In this document: one piece after another, positions 20,362 through 30,038 of the stretch
Layout: each line of letters opens with the position of its first letter
How positions within the stretch are numbered: the first letter of the stretch is position 1
Source of the DNA: Candidatus Uhrbacteria bacterium
GTDB taxonomy: Bacteria > Patescibacteriota > Patescibacteriia > UBA9934 > GWF2-40-263
Assembly (NCBI GenBank): GCA_026395055.1
Contig: JAPLZK010000003.1
Span: 173,987-237,986, forward strand
DNA length: 64,000 bases
Direction of reading: 5' to 3'
Notes under the pieces: generated by a model
What the model was told of the DNA's origin: nothing
The model's database searches: none
The model's input: the letters and a program-made list of their open reading frames with translations, nothing else
Translations under genes and position numbers: made by a program

Positions 20362-22245
20362 TTACGTGAGAACAGCCTTGATTCTTCTGAGTCCAGATCC
20401 GATCGATTCTTCCTTCTGAATCTCAAATTTTCCTAGTTCGGCGGTGTTTGATACATGAGGCCCTCCACAAACCTCTTTTGAGAAGGCGTCTCCCATAGCT
20501 TCATCACCAACGAAATAGACTTTTACCTTATCTCCAACTTCTGCATACTTATCCGTAAATAGTCCGATTGCCCCTCGCGCTTTTGCTTCTTCAAGCGTCA
20601 GCATTTCGAAGTGAACCGGTAACTTCTTTGAAATTGCCTCATTAACCAGCCCTTCAACCTGTTTAATCTGATCATCCGTGAGTCTTTCTGGATACGGAAA
20701 GTCGAATCGGAGGCGTTCTGGGGTGATGTTGCTTCCCTTTTGGACGACCATATCACCAAGAACCTGTCTAAGCGACTGATGAAGTAAGTGAGTTGCTGTG
20801 TGGTATTTAACGCTCATTTCTGACGTATCTGCAAGACCACCCTTGAACTTCTGCTCTGAACCAGCTCGAGAAAGTGCTTGATGCTTTTCTTTTTCGACTT
20901 TAAACGTTTCCATATCGACCGTAAACCCATTCTCTGTCGCGAGCTCTTGTGTCAGCTCAACAGGAAACCCATAAGATTGAACGAGATCAAATGCATCCAT
21001 TCCTGATATCTGTTTATTACTTTCAACAGTCAGGAGCTCAACGAATTTCTTCATTCCCTGTTTCAACGTTTGTTGAAATTTCTTTTCCTCCTTCGCGAGC
21101 TCGGCAAGAACCCTATCTCGAGAAGATGCGAGATTCGGATATGCTTCCGAATAAGCTTCGATGAATGTTGCACCGATCTGAGCACAAACATCTTCTGTGA
21201 TATTCAGCCAATGTGCGAAACGAACGGAACGACGAATTAATCTACGTACAAAATATCCCTGATCTTTATTCGATGGATTAACACCATCACCAATAAGAAA
21301 TGTAGCAGCTCGAAGGTGATCCAAGATCACACGGAATTCATCCGTGTGTGTTTCGTAGGTTCTTCCACTGAGTTCTTCTAGCTTTTGAATAGCGGATTGA
21401 AAAACATCTACACGAAAAATATCTGGATCCCCATTCACCGCCGCGCACACACGTTCAAGTCCACCTCCAAAATCCACGTTTCTTTGTTTAAGCTCCTCAA
21501 AACCTGTTTCTGTCTTCACGTATTGCATGAACACATTGTTTCCAATTTCAACGAAACGCCCACAGTCACAGTTCACATGACATGGTTCGTTTTTCCAATT
21601 TGAAATTTCATGCAAGTTTCGTTCCGCACCAAAATCCCAAAACATTTCTGTGTCTGGACCACCGGGTTCTCCAACAGGCATGTTTGATGGCACGCCAGTT
21701 CTACTCCACCAGTTTTTTTTTTCTGGTTAATAAAAAATACGTTCACCAGATTTCATTCCGTCTTGTTCCACATTTTCACCAATCGCCGCATCAATCCCCT
21801 TTGACGCAAATAATTTTTGCCACAATGCTGCAGACTCTTCATCTCTGGGAATATTCAAATCCGTATTTCCTCGAAATACAGTCACATATAAATTCTTTGG
21901 ATCAAGTCCAAGATTCGTCGTCAAAAATTCAAACATCCATGTGATTTGCTCATTTTTGAAATAATCTCCAAGCGACCAGTTGCCGAGCATTTCAAAAAAC
22001 GTTGTGTGACGATTATCTCCCACTTCATCAATGTCTTGTGAACGAAAACATTTTTGAGAATCTGCAATACGAACACCACGAGGATGTGCCTCGCCGAGTA
22101 AATAAGAAACCATTGGTTGCATTCCGGATCCGGTAAAAAGGGTCGTTGGATCATTTTCAGGGATCAACAATGCGGATGGAAGAATGGCATGACCATGATC
22201 AGCAAAAAACTTCAGGTACTGTTCGCGAATTTCAGAAATCGTCAT
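20362..22245 (-). CDS. alaS: Alanine--tRNA ligase (short form, no C-Ala domain) interrupted by one in-frame TAA at 21727-21729
   Basis: LFT.SGMQP, HTTFFEMLGNWS, GPDTEMF, DFGGGLER, HTATHLL, CGGPHV. The two track ORFs share a frame: ..RIFY*PEKKNWWSRTGVPSNMP.. Confidence 0.9.
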
Positions 22246-22299
22246 AATGCGTGGATTGTACAAAGGAAAGAGATGAAAAGTCAAAAAGGAAAAAACCTT

Positions 22300-23943
22300 T
22301 TAAATTGTTCCGGAACCATCTGTTGAGTTTATGACCTCAACGGGCACAACCTGCTTCAGTTGTTTCTTAGAAAGAGAGCCAATAAAGCTAAAGAGTTCTT
22401 CTGAACGTAGAAGCGCAAGGATTCCAAGATACACGACTGCACCTGCTGCACCAGTTACAAAAATCTGTGTAAGAACATGAATGAAGGAGTCGAGTGCGAT
22501 ATGGGAACTTACAAATGCACGAGCAAAATACATCACGATTCCGGAAAGGAGTGCTGCAGGAACCATTTTAAATATTCCGTGCAAGATATTCATTTCATGA
22601 AGAGACCCAACTTTTTGATGAAGTAGAATCCATAAAAGTCCCGCGTTCACACATTCCGCCGTTCCAAACGCCATGGCAAGACCGATGACTCCAAATGTTT
22701 TTGTGAAAAGAAATGCAGATGTAATTCCTAGAATAGCAGAAACGATTCCTGCTGTAAGTGGCGTAACAGTGTCGTGAAGCGCAAAAAACGCACGCGCTAA
22801 AATGTAAACGCACGCTTGTGGAATGAGTGTGAGCGCAAAGAATGCAAGCGTATCAGCAGCGAGAATGGTTGCATTCCAATTAAATGCCCCCGCTCCGACA
22901 ACAACTCGAACGATTTGTGCACGAAGCAAAAGAAATGAAATCGTTGCAGGAATCAAGAAAAACAATAACTGACGGATAGTAGAAGCAAAAACACTCTGAA
23001 ATTGATCCATTCTTCCTGCCGCAATATGTTCTGAAAACGTTGGAAATGCCGCGATCGCATAAGACACACCAAAAACTCCTACGGGGAAAAATTCCACATT
23101 GTATGCGAACTGAAAAATAGTTACAGATCCAACAGCAAGTGTTGTTGCAATGATGGTTAAAAATAAAAAGAGTAATTGATTAATTCCGATACCAACAACA
23201 CGCGGAATCATCATGCGCAACACTTTTTGAACGTCTCTATCACGAAAATTGAATAACGGTTCGTATTTATAGCCTGTACCAATAAGCCCAACAGCCTGCG
23301 TTGAAACATGCATGAGTGCACCCAGAATCACGCCGTATGCAAGACCAATTGGACCAAACCAATTCACAAAGAACAATGCCCCAATTACGATTCCCAAATT
23401 ATAAAAGATGGGCGCAAGCGAATAAAGAAAAAATCGCTTCATGCTCTGAAGAACTCCTCCAAACACCATTGAAACAGATAGGAGGATTTCTGAGAGTAAC
23501 ATGACACGCGTAAAGGAAGCGACTTGTGCTTGTTTGAGATGATCAAAACCAGGTGCAATGATGGCAGCAACTTGATTTGCGAAAATAAATACAATAAACG
23601 CAATGACAATCATTCCAAGCCCTACCAAATGAAGAATGGTGTTTGTAAACTGCCAAGCTCGTTGTCGTTGTAATGGCGCATGATAATACTTTGTGAACAT
23701 TGGGATAAAACTTGCAGACAACGCCCCAATAACCATCAGGTTAAACAAAAAATCTGGCACTTTAAATGCCGCATAATAAATATCAAGCGTATTTCCTGCA
23801 CCAAAGGTTCCTGCAAGAATTCGATCTCGAACCAAACCGACGATATCGCTTAGAAACGAAAAGATGCCGACCAAGATGGCCGCACCAATTACCGTGGTCG
23901 ATTCCGACCCAAAAATCTTAAATAGCTTACTCTTCTTTAACAT
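22300..23943 (-). CDS. murJ: Lipid II flippase MurJ
   Basis: GLVRDRILA..FGAG..LD.YYAAF..PD, GALSASFIP, RAFFAL.DT.TP. Confidence 0.93.
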   Translation of the reverse strand: MLKKSKLFKIFGSESTTVIGAAILVGIFSFLSDIVGLVRDRILAGTFGAGNTLDIYYAAFKVPDFLFNLMVIGALSASFIPMFTKYYHAPLQRQRAWQFTNTILHLVGLGMIVIAFIVFIFANQVAAIIAPGFDHLKQAQVASFTRVMLLSEILLSVSMVFGGVLQSMKRFFLYSLAPIFYNLGIVIGALFFVNWFGPIGLAYGVILGALMHVSTQAVGLIGTGYKYEPLFNFRDRDVQKVLRMMIPRVVGIGINQLLFLFLTIIATTLAVGSVTIFQFAYNVEFFPVGVFGVSYAIAAFPTFSEHIAAGRMDQFQSVFASTIRQLLFFLIPATISFLLLRAQIVRVVVGAGAFNWNATILAADTLAFFALTLIPQACVYILARAFFALHDTVTPLTAGIVSAILGITSAFLFTKTFGVIGLAMAFGTAECVNAGLLWILLHQKVGSLHEMNILHGIFKMVPAALLSGIVMYFARAFVSSHIALDSFIHVLTQIFVTGAAGAVVYLGILALLRSEELFSFIGSLSKKQLKQVVPVEVINSTDGSGTI

Positions 23944-25171
23944 GAATTTGTTTTAAAGTAGGTTCATTGGTCTTTTTTGCAGGAGTTTTTTTTGTTTTCA
24001 TTTTTATCCAAGCTATAAACGCCCCAAGAAGTGCGATCCCGAGAAGTGAGAGCAAGATGATAATAAGCGGGTTTGAAAAACTAAAAAAAGTTACTAGCAC
24101 ATCCGCAGACTCTTCCGAGATACTTCCATTTTCGTCTGTCGTCTTGAGCGTGACATGATATGAACCAGCCTGCGTATAAACATGTGTCGCGCTCGTCTTG
24201 CTTGAATGAACACCATCCCCAAAGTTCCATTCGTAAACGAAACGATCTTGAACGGGAGCAATCAAATGAAATGCAAATGTATTCCAAGAACTTTTTTCGT
24301 ATGTAAATACGGCGTTTGGAGAAATCTTTACTTTTGTTGAATTTGTGACGGAAGTTTCAACGATGGGGTCTGAAACCAATTTGGCTGTTCCACCAGCCGC
24401 GCTTGGAGAGTTAGATGCAATCTGCACGACGCCATTCTCCGATTTTACGATCGTATCAACCTGAATTGGTTTTTCTGTTTTTGATGGTTCAACCTTTTGA
24501 ATGATTTTGATTGGTACGGGTTTTTCAATAACCCAACGCTTTGGATCGAGCGGATACGCATCATGTGCATCGTCGACTCCATCGCCATCCGTATCTGTTA
24601 AACGTGGGTTTGTTCCCAACTCTGACTCAACAGCATTTGTTAAACCATCGCCATCAATATCGTCGTCACACGCATCCCCAATCCCATCATGATCAAGATC
24701 TGCTTGATCAGGGTTTGCAACAGTCGGACAATTATCTGATGCGTTTTGCGCCCCATCATGATCATTATCTGGTACAGGAGTGAACATCCCTGTAATAGCG
24801 ACGTTATTGTCCAGATTAACATCCGCGGGTTTTGTTCCACTAATAACGGTTCTGATATTAAATTGAGCATCGGGAACAACAAAATCTACAAAGACTTCTT
24901 CTGGGTCACTTCCTGCCACAACAGAAATAACTTGCGGTTGATCAATGGCCGTACTCCCTTGATAGAAGGTGACGTATCCTGTGACATCAACCGTTCCAAT
25001 ATTTTGAACTTTTGTATAAATACGAACCGTATCACCGGAAACAAACGGTGATTTCGAAAAACGAATATCCGACGCATTCACACGCAAGTCCGCCGTTGCA
25101 GCATGCGCAAAAGCAGGGGCGGAAAGGGCGATACAGGCAAAAAGGGCGAAGAACCCAAGACGTTTTAACAT
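23927..25171 (-). CDS. Surface protein: signal peptide, CARDB/Ig-like domain, thrombospondin type 3 Ca-binding repeats, PKD domain, C-terminal TM anchor
   Basis: DNCPTVANPDQAD.D.DGIGDACD, DTDGDG, YEWNFGDG...H.Y..AGSY.VTL, TM plus basic tail. Confidence 0.85.
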   Translation of the reverse strand: MLKRLGFFALFACIALSAPAFAHAATADLRVNASDIRFSKSPFVSGDTVRIYTKVQNIGTVDVTGYVTFYQGSTAIDQPQVISVVAGSDPEEVFVDFVVPDAQFNIRTVISGTKPADVNLDNNVAITGMFTPVPDNDHDGAQNASDNCPTVANPDQADLDHDGIGDACDDDIDGDGLTNAVESELGTNPRLTDTDGDGVDDAHDAYPLDPKRWVIEKPVPIKIIQKVEPSKTEKPIQVDTIVKSENGVVQIASNSPSAAGGTAKLVSDPIVETSVTNSTKVKISPNAVFTYEKSSWNTFAFHLIAPVQDRFVYEWNFGDGVHSSKTSATHVYTQAGSYHVTLKTTDENGSISEESADVLVTFFSFSNPLIIILLSLLGIALLGAFIAWIKMKTKKTPAKKTNEPTLKQIHVKEE

Positions 25172-25728
25172 AGTTCAAATAAATCACCGGTATGAAGCCA
25201 ATGATGCGCGGCTTCATCGGATGTAAGATGTAATTCAAGAGCGAACGTTGGATGCACTCGAACAAAGACATGCGACAACACAACGTCTGGATTTTCTGCA
25301 TGTCTCAATGTTACCACGTGATGGTTTTTCACGTGAAGTTTTTTTGCCATTCTGTCAGAACAATGCAAATGTCTGGCAGGAACAATAACAGATGAGGTGG
25401 CTCGAACAGAACCGGCGGGACCGATCAGCTTGCACGACGCAGCTCGAGTCAAATCTCCAGACTGGCGCGTTGGCGCGTTTAGTCCAATCGCAAATGCATC
25501 CGTAATCGATAATTCAACCTGTGTTGCGCTTCGAGAAGGACCGAGCACGCGTACAGATTCAATAATTCCCGTCTTCCCTTCTACATCGACGGTTTCGCGA
25601 TACAAATACTGCCCCTTATGTTCCAACTCCGACTCGATCTCCAAGGTTTTTTCGTCACCAAACAATTGGCGAAGGTCTTTCTTCGACAAATGTACGTGAC
25701 GATGTTGAATAACGAGTGGAATGAACAT
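25165..25728 (-). CDS. pduL: PduL/EutD-type phosphate acyltransferase
   Basis: RHVHLS, VRVLGP.R..TQVE.S.TDA, R.SGDL, ARHLH, ELHL..DEA. Confidence 0.85.
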   Translation of the reverse strand: MFIPLVIQHRHVHLSKKDLRQLFGDEKTLEIESELEHKGQYLYRETVDVEGKTGIIESVRVLGPSRSATQVELSITDAFAIGLNAPTRQSGDLTRAASCKLIGPAGSVRATSSVIVPARHLHCSDRMAKKLHVKNHHVVTLRHAENPDVVLSHVFVRVHPTFALELHLTSDEAAHHWLHTGDLFELC

Positions 25729-25738
25729 GAACCGTCAT

Positions 25739-26473
25739 TTAATGTTTCTTTTCGGAAGCCTTTGTCTTTTTTGTTTTACTGTGCCCAAACGTGTAATTGA
25801 ATTTGTTGGATCTGATTGGTCCCACAAACGCAAGATGAAGTTCCGCAAGTAAGTATTTAATAGCGATTTGTAAACGTCCGTCACGATCTAAACGACGAAT
25901 ACTTACGGGAATTTTTGTTGATTTTAAAAAGCCGAATCTTCCCACGCGTTTAAAACGGCGTGCGTAATCATGATCTTCACAAAAAACAACAGATTCATCG
26001 AACCCACTGATTTTGTTGTGTCCCTCACGTTTTACAAGCATGCAAAATCCCGGTGCGTGCGGGAAAAGGGATCCCCATGCACGAACGTACTTGTTATAGG
26101 CTTTATGCAAAAAGTGATCGATGTACGCATCCGACAACGGAAAAACATCGCATGTTGCAAGTCCAAGTCCACGCGCTTTAAATTCTTTCACAGACTTTTC
26201 CAAAAATGTTGGGTCACGCAATTCAACGTCTGCATCTAAAAACAAGAGGATATCTCCAACCGCATGCTTTGCTCCAATGTTTCTCCCAACAGACGGCATA
26301 CCGCCGTCAATAATTTTTGCCCCAAAAGATTTTGCAATTTCACGTGTGTGGTCTGTTGAATGCGCGTCTGCCACGATGATTTCATGAGGCTGCACCGTTT
26401 GCTGCTTGATGGATTCTAAAAGTTTTGGAAGGTGTTCTTCTTCGTTTTTTGTTGGGATGACAATCGATAACAT
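25739..26473 (-). CDS. Glycosyltransferase family 2
   Basis: SIVIPT.NEE, ADA.STD.T, GRN.GA, FLDAD, ED.D. Confidence 0.9.
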   Translation of the reverse strand: MLSIVIPTKNEEEHLPKLLESIKQQTVQPHEIIVADAHSTDHTREIAKSFGAKIIDGGMPSVGRNIGAKHAVGDILLFLDADVELRDPTFLEKSVKEFKARGLGLATCDVFPLSDAYIDHFLHKAYNKYVRAWGSLFPHAPGFCMLVKREGHNKISGFDESVVFCEDHDYARRFKRVGRFGFLKSTKIPVSIRRLDRDGRLQIAIKYLLAELHLAFVGPIRSNKFNYTFGHSKTKKTKASEKKH

Positions 26474-26484
26474 ACAGAATCAGT

Positions 26485-26937
26485 TTAGCGTATTTTTGTC
26501 ATGATCGCAAACAGGGCGATACCGGTTGCAACGGATACGTTCAGAGATTTTTTTGTTCCAATCATGGGAATCTCAATGACTTCATCACATTGTTCAAGAA
26601 GTTGCGGTGAGATTCCTTCCACTTCACTTCCTGCGATAAGCGCTATGTTTTCGACAGGAATCTCGAGGGCTCCAACCGGAATCGCGCGATCCGAAATCTC
26701 GAGAGCGACGATCTTCTTCCCTGTCGACTTAAGTTCGAGAAGCAGCTCGTCGAGATTCTCGCGATGTTCCCATGGAATTCGATGTTCCGATCCAAGTGCG
26801 GTCTTTGCGATCTCTTTACGTGGAGGACAACCCGTATAGCCCGTTAAATAGATCTTTTCAACGCCAAATGCATCTGCGGTTCGAAAGAACGCGCCGACAT
26901 TATGGAGAGATCGGATGTTGTGGGCGATGAGAATCAT
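26485..26937 (-). CDS. SpoU/TrmH family RNA 2'-O-methyltransferase
   Basis: NIRS.HNVGA.FRTAD, GSEVEG, IPM.G.K.SLNVSVA. Confidence 0.92.
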   Translation of the reverse strand: MILIAHNIRSLHNVGAFFRTADAFGVEKIYLTGYTGCPPRKEIAKTALGSEHRIPWEHRENLDELLLELKSTGKKIVALEISDRAIPVGALEIPVENIALIAGSEVEGISPQLLEQCDEVIEIPMIGTKKSLNVSVATGIALFAIMTKIR

Positions 26938-26981
26938 AGAATACTTGAAAAAATGGGAGGATTAATGTAGGATCGAGGCCT

Positions 26982-28112
26982 ATGTCATCGCTTTGCCCCA
27001 ACAAAGAAATATGCGGATCCTGCGCCTGGTCGCATATCCCTTATGAGAAACAACTGATACAGAAAGTATCGGATATGAACGGTTCTTTCAAGCTGAAAGG
27101 CCTTTCTTTAAAGTGCGAAGAGATTCTCCCAAGTCCAAAACTGGAACATTATCGCAATAGAATGGACTTTGTGATCGACTTTGAAGGACGTGTGGGCATG
27201 CGACAAAAGGACAAGTGGTGGAAAGTCATCGACAATCATACATGCTTTCTTGCAGATGAGCAGATCGACGCACTCTTCGTACCCGTTCGCGAATGGGCAA
27301 AGACCTGCGGACTCTCGTTTTATGATCGTCGTGCGCACACAGGACTCCTTCGCTATGCAACCATCCGCGCAACGCGTACAGGACAAACCATGATCGTTCT
27401 CGTTACAAGCAAGCCTGCGGATGCAGTGGAGAAACAAACTATTCTCGATGCGCTCGCGATTCTCGAATCAACAGCAAAGCCATCAACACTTGTTTGGTCT
27501 ATCAATGCCACAGACTCAGACACCTCGTTTGGCACAGAGCTTACAACCATCTCTGGTCCGGGTTACATCGAAGAAACTATTTCGGACATCACGTACCGCA
27601 TTAGTCCAAACGCATTCTTTCAAACAAACTCGTACGCATCACACTTACTCCTTGATACAGTGAAAGAATTTTGCGGAGACGTATCACACAAGTGCGTTCT
27701 AGACTTATACTGCGGAACAGGATTCTTCTCGATCGCACTCGCGAGTTCTGCTCGCAAGATGATCGGAGTCGAACTGAACGCGGAAGCAATTGAAGACGCA
27801 AAGACCAATGCAACACTCAACAACGTCTCACCAGAATTCTTCGCAGCATCGACAGAAGATTATGATTGGTCGAAACACAACGCCGACGTCGTGATTCTCG
27901 ATCCTCCTCGTTCTGGAATGCATGATCGCGCGCTTGCAGACGTCATCAAACACAAACCAAAAACAATTATCTACATCTCCTGCAATCCAAAAAACTTTGC
28001 ACGAGAGATGGTACAATTACAAGAGATCTACAATGTCACGGCCATGAAATCAATCGACATGTTCCCACACACGCCGCACGTCGAGCTTGTAACAAAATTA
28101 GAACTTAAATAA
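26982..28112 (+). CDS. rlmD: 23S rRNA (uracil-5)-methyltransferase RlmD family (no TRAM domain)
   Basis: C....CGSC Fe-S motif, FFQTN, DLYCGTG, LDPPRSG, YISCNP, DMFPHT.HVE. Confidence 0.88.
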   Translation: MSSLCPNKEICGSCAWSHIPYEKQLIQKVSDMNGSFKLKGLSLKCEEILPSPKLEHYRNRMDFVIDFEGRVGMRQKDKWWKVIDNHTCFLADEQIDALFVPVREWAKTCGLSFYDRRAHTGLLRYATIRATRTGQTMIVLVTSKPADAVEKQTILDALAILESTAKPSTLVWSINATDSDTSFGTELTTISGPGYIEETISDITYRISPNAFFQTNSYASHLLLDTVKEFCGDVSHKCVLDLYCGTGFFSIALASSARKMIGVELNAEAIEDAKTNATLNNVSPEFFAASTEDYDWSKHNADVVILDPPRSGMHDRALADVIKHKPKTIIYISCNPKNFAREMVQLQEIYNVTAMKSIDMFPHTPHVELVTKLELK

Positions 28113-28130
28113 ATTTAGAATATCTATTCT

Positions 28131-29030
28131 ATGACAATCTCTCCCACCTCAGAAGAAGCAGAAGTTGAAAAACCAGTCTCAAAAGCAGGATTCGTGGTCA
28201 TTGTTGGTCGATCAAACGTTGGAAAATCAACCTTGATGAACGCGCTCGTTGGTTCAAAAGTTGCCATTACTTCCCCAAAACCACAAACGACACGCCTGCC
28301 GATTCACGGAATTCTTACGCGTGACGAAGGTCAAATCGTGTTCGTTGATACTCCAGGAATGTTGAAAGGGGCAAAAGATGCGCTTTCGAAAGCGCTTACG
28401 GAATCTTTGAAGAACGCCCTCGCGGATGTGGATATCCTCATGTATGTCGCAGATCCAACCCGAGTTATCGGCGATGAAGAAAAATCGATGTTGCGCATGG
28501 TTGAGCAAATCGACAAACCAAAAATCATGGTCATCAACAAAATGGATGACAACAACAAACCGTACCTAGACTTTTATCGCGATCTTTCTGATAAGTTTGA
28601 TTATACGTTCGAAGTGTCCGCAAAAAATAGCGCACACATCAAACCACTTATCGATAAACTGTTCGAGATTCTTCCAGAAGGTGAACAGTTCTACCCCGCG
28701 TATCAAATCACCAACATGGCGAACAACGTCTGGGTATCTGAGTTGATTCGTGAAAAACTTTACTTGCGTCTTCGCCAAGAAGTTCCCTACACCGTTCACG
28801 TCGAAGTGACCGCCATGGAAGAACGCGAGAACAACGTGCTCTACATTGCCGCAACCGTCTTTACGACCGAGGATCGTTACAAACGCATGATCATCGGACA
28901 AGGCGGACGAGGAATTCGCGAGATTGGACAATCCACTCGCAAAGAACTCGAGTCTGTCATGGGAAAAAAGATTTATCTCGATTTACAAGTCGAAACCAAT
29001 CCGCACTGGATGCTCAGATTTGAAATCTAG
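28131..29030 (+). CDS. era: GTPase Era
   Basis: GRSNVGKST, KPQTTR, DTPG, NKMD, KH domain IIGQGG. Confidence 0.96.
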   Translation: MTISPTSEEAEVEKPVSKAGFVVIVGRSNVGKSTLMNALVGSKVAITSPKPQTTRLPIHGILTRDEGQIVFVDTPGMLKGAKDALSKALTESLKNALADVDILMYVADPTRVIGDEEKSMLRMVEQIDKPKIMVINKMDDNNKPYLDFYRDLSDKFDYTFEVSAKNSAHIKPLIDKLFEILPEGEQFYPAYQITNMANNVWVSELIREKLYLRLRQEVPYTVHVEVTAMEERENNVLYIAATVFTTEDRYKRMIIGQGGRGIREIGQSTRKELESVMGKKIYLDLQVETNPHWMLRFEI

Positions 29031-29034
29031 AAGA

Positions 29035-29145
29035 TAAATCCGAAACGAAAGCAAATCCGAAATTCGAAAACACAAAAATAAAACTGTCTCATGATTGAGA
29101 CAGTTTTTTGGTTTTCGGATTTCGATATTTTATCTTTCGGATTTA
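29035..29145. repeat. About 110 bp imperfect inverted repeat (AAATCCGAAA arms) with a central terminator hairpin, between convergent genes
   Basis: TAAATCCGAAA(29035)...AAAACTGTCTCA-TGAT-TGAGACAGTTTT...TTTCGGATTTA(29145). Confidence 0.75.
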
Positions 29146-29397
29146 CTTCCCATCCGACCAGTTCTCCACCTCCTTCTCGGTTGCTTCACCACACAAAAAC
29201 TTTTTGGTTGTGACGTTATAAAAAAATGGAACACCACCGCACAATCCTGTATCAAACGTCGCGAGCTTCTTTGCATTTTCTTCATGATGCCATGTCTCAA
29301 GAATCTCGATCTTCGCCCCTGCTTTATTTAATTTCTCCACAATTGGTAGCATTGTGTGACAATGTGGGCACTCCGTTCCGTAAAAGAAGTATTTCAT
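29143..29397 (-). CDS. Small thioredoxin/glutaredoxin-fold protein
   Basis: YGTECPHC, CGGVPFF. Confidence 0.8.
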   Translation of the reverse strand: MKYFFYGTECPHCHTMLPIVEKLNKAGAKIEILETWHHEENAKKLATFDTGLCGGVPFFYNVTTKKFLCGEATEKEVENWSDGK

Positions 29398-29413
29398 ATA
29401 AACTGATTCTAAC

Positions 29414-30010
29414 ATGCGCCAAAAGATTCTCGCAATTCTCTTTATCCTCTGCGTATTCGCCCTTATTGTCGCGAACCGTTTTGATTTTACGGAACAAGTT
29501 ACCGCAAAGGTTTCTCGTGATACGGGAACAAGCTATTCCATTGGACACGTTTTTCGTCGAGGGGAAACCATCCATACGAGTAAGGGCGAGTTTGTCGAAC
29601 TATTTATTGGTGGAATGGTTGTTATTGATCTCGACGAGAATACAAACCTGGAGCTCAAGTCGCTTGCGAGAAATGCTGTTCGCGTCGGATTTGGACACGG
29701 ACGCATTCTCGTAAACCTTACGAACAATGATGGTGGCAATCTGGAAGTCGACACTCCAACCGCACAGCATCAACTCGTTGGTCGCGCCTCATTCATTGGC
29801 TACGACTTCAAACACGAAACAAGCGTGATCCCACTGTTTCTCTTGAACACCGGAAGTATTCACACAACTATTCCCCTTCTCAATCAAACATTCGAGCTCA
29901 CATCACCAATGACGATTCACGATGTGAATCCTCCAACCGTCGAGGAGATCACGTTCGATGAGAAAACAGACGCGCGAGCAGAATTTTATTTGTGGGCGGC
30001 AGGAAAATAA
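29414..30010 (+). CDS. Membrane-anchored/secreted FecR-like domain protein
   Basis: N-terminal TM, GETIHT...VEL.......LDENT.L, VDTPTA. Confidence 0.55.
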   Translation: MRQKILAILFILCVFALIVANRFDFTEQVTAKVSRDTGTSYSIGHVFRRGETIHTSKGEFVELFIGGMVVIDLDENTNLELKSLARNAVRVGFGHGRILVNLTNNDGGNLEVDTPTAQHQLVGRASFIGYDFKHETSVIPLFLLNTGSIHTTIPLLNQTFELTSPMTIHDVNPPTVEEITFDEKTDARAEFYLWAAGK

Positions 30011-30032
30011 AAAACCCGACCAGTTGGTCGAG
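30009..30032 (-). terminator. Terminator of the 30039-31091 gene
   Basis: Minus strand CTCGACCA-AC-TGGTCGGG-TTTTTT. Confidence 0.65.
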
Positions 30033-30038
30033 CGAGTC

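Noticed and set aside
21713-21722. Programmed frameshift at the A10 run in alaS
   Set aside because: Both halves are already in the same frame. The lesion is a stop codon, not a frameshift.
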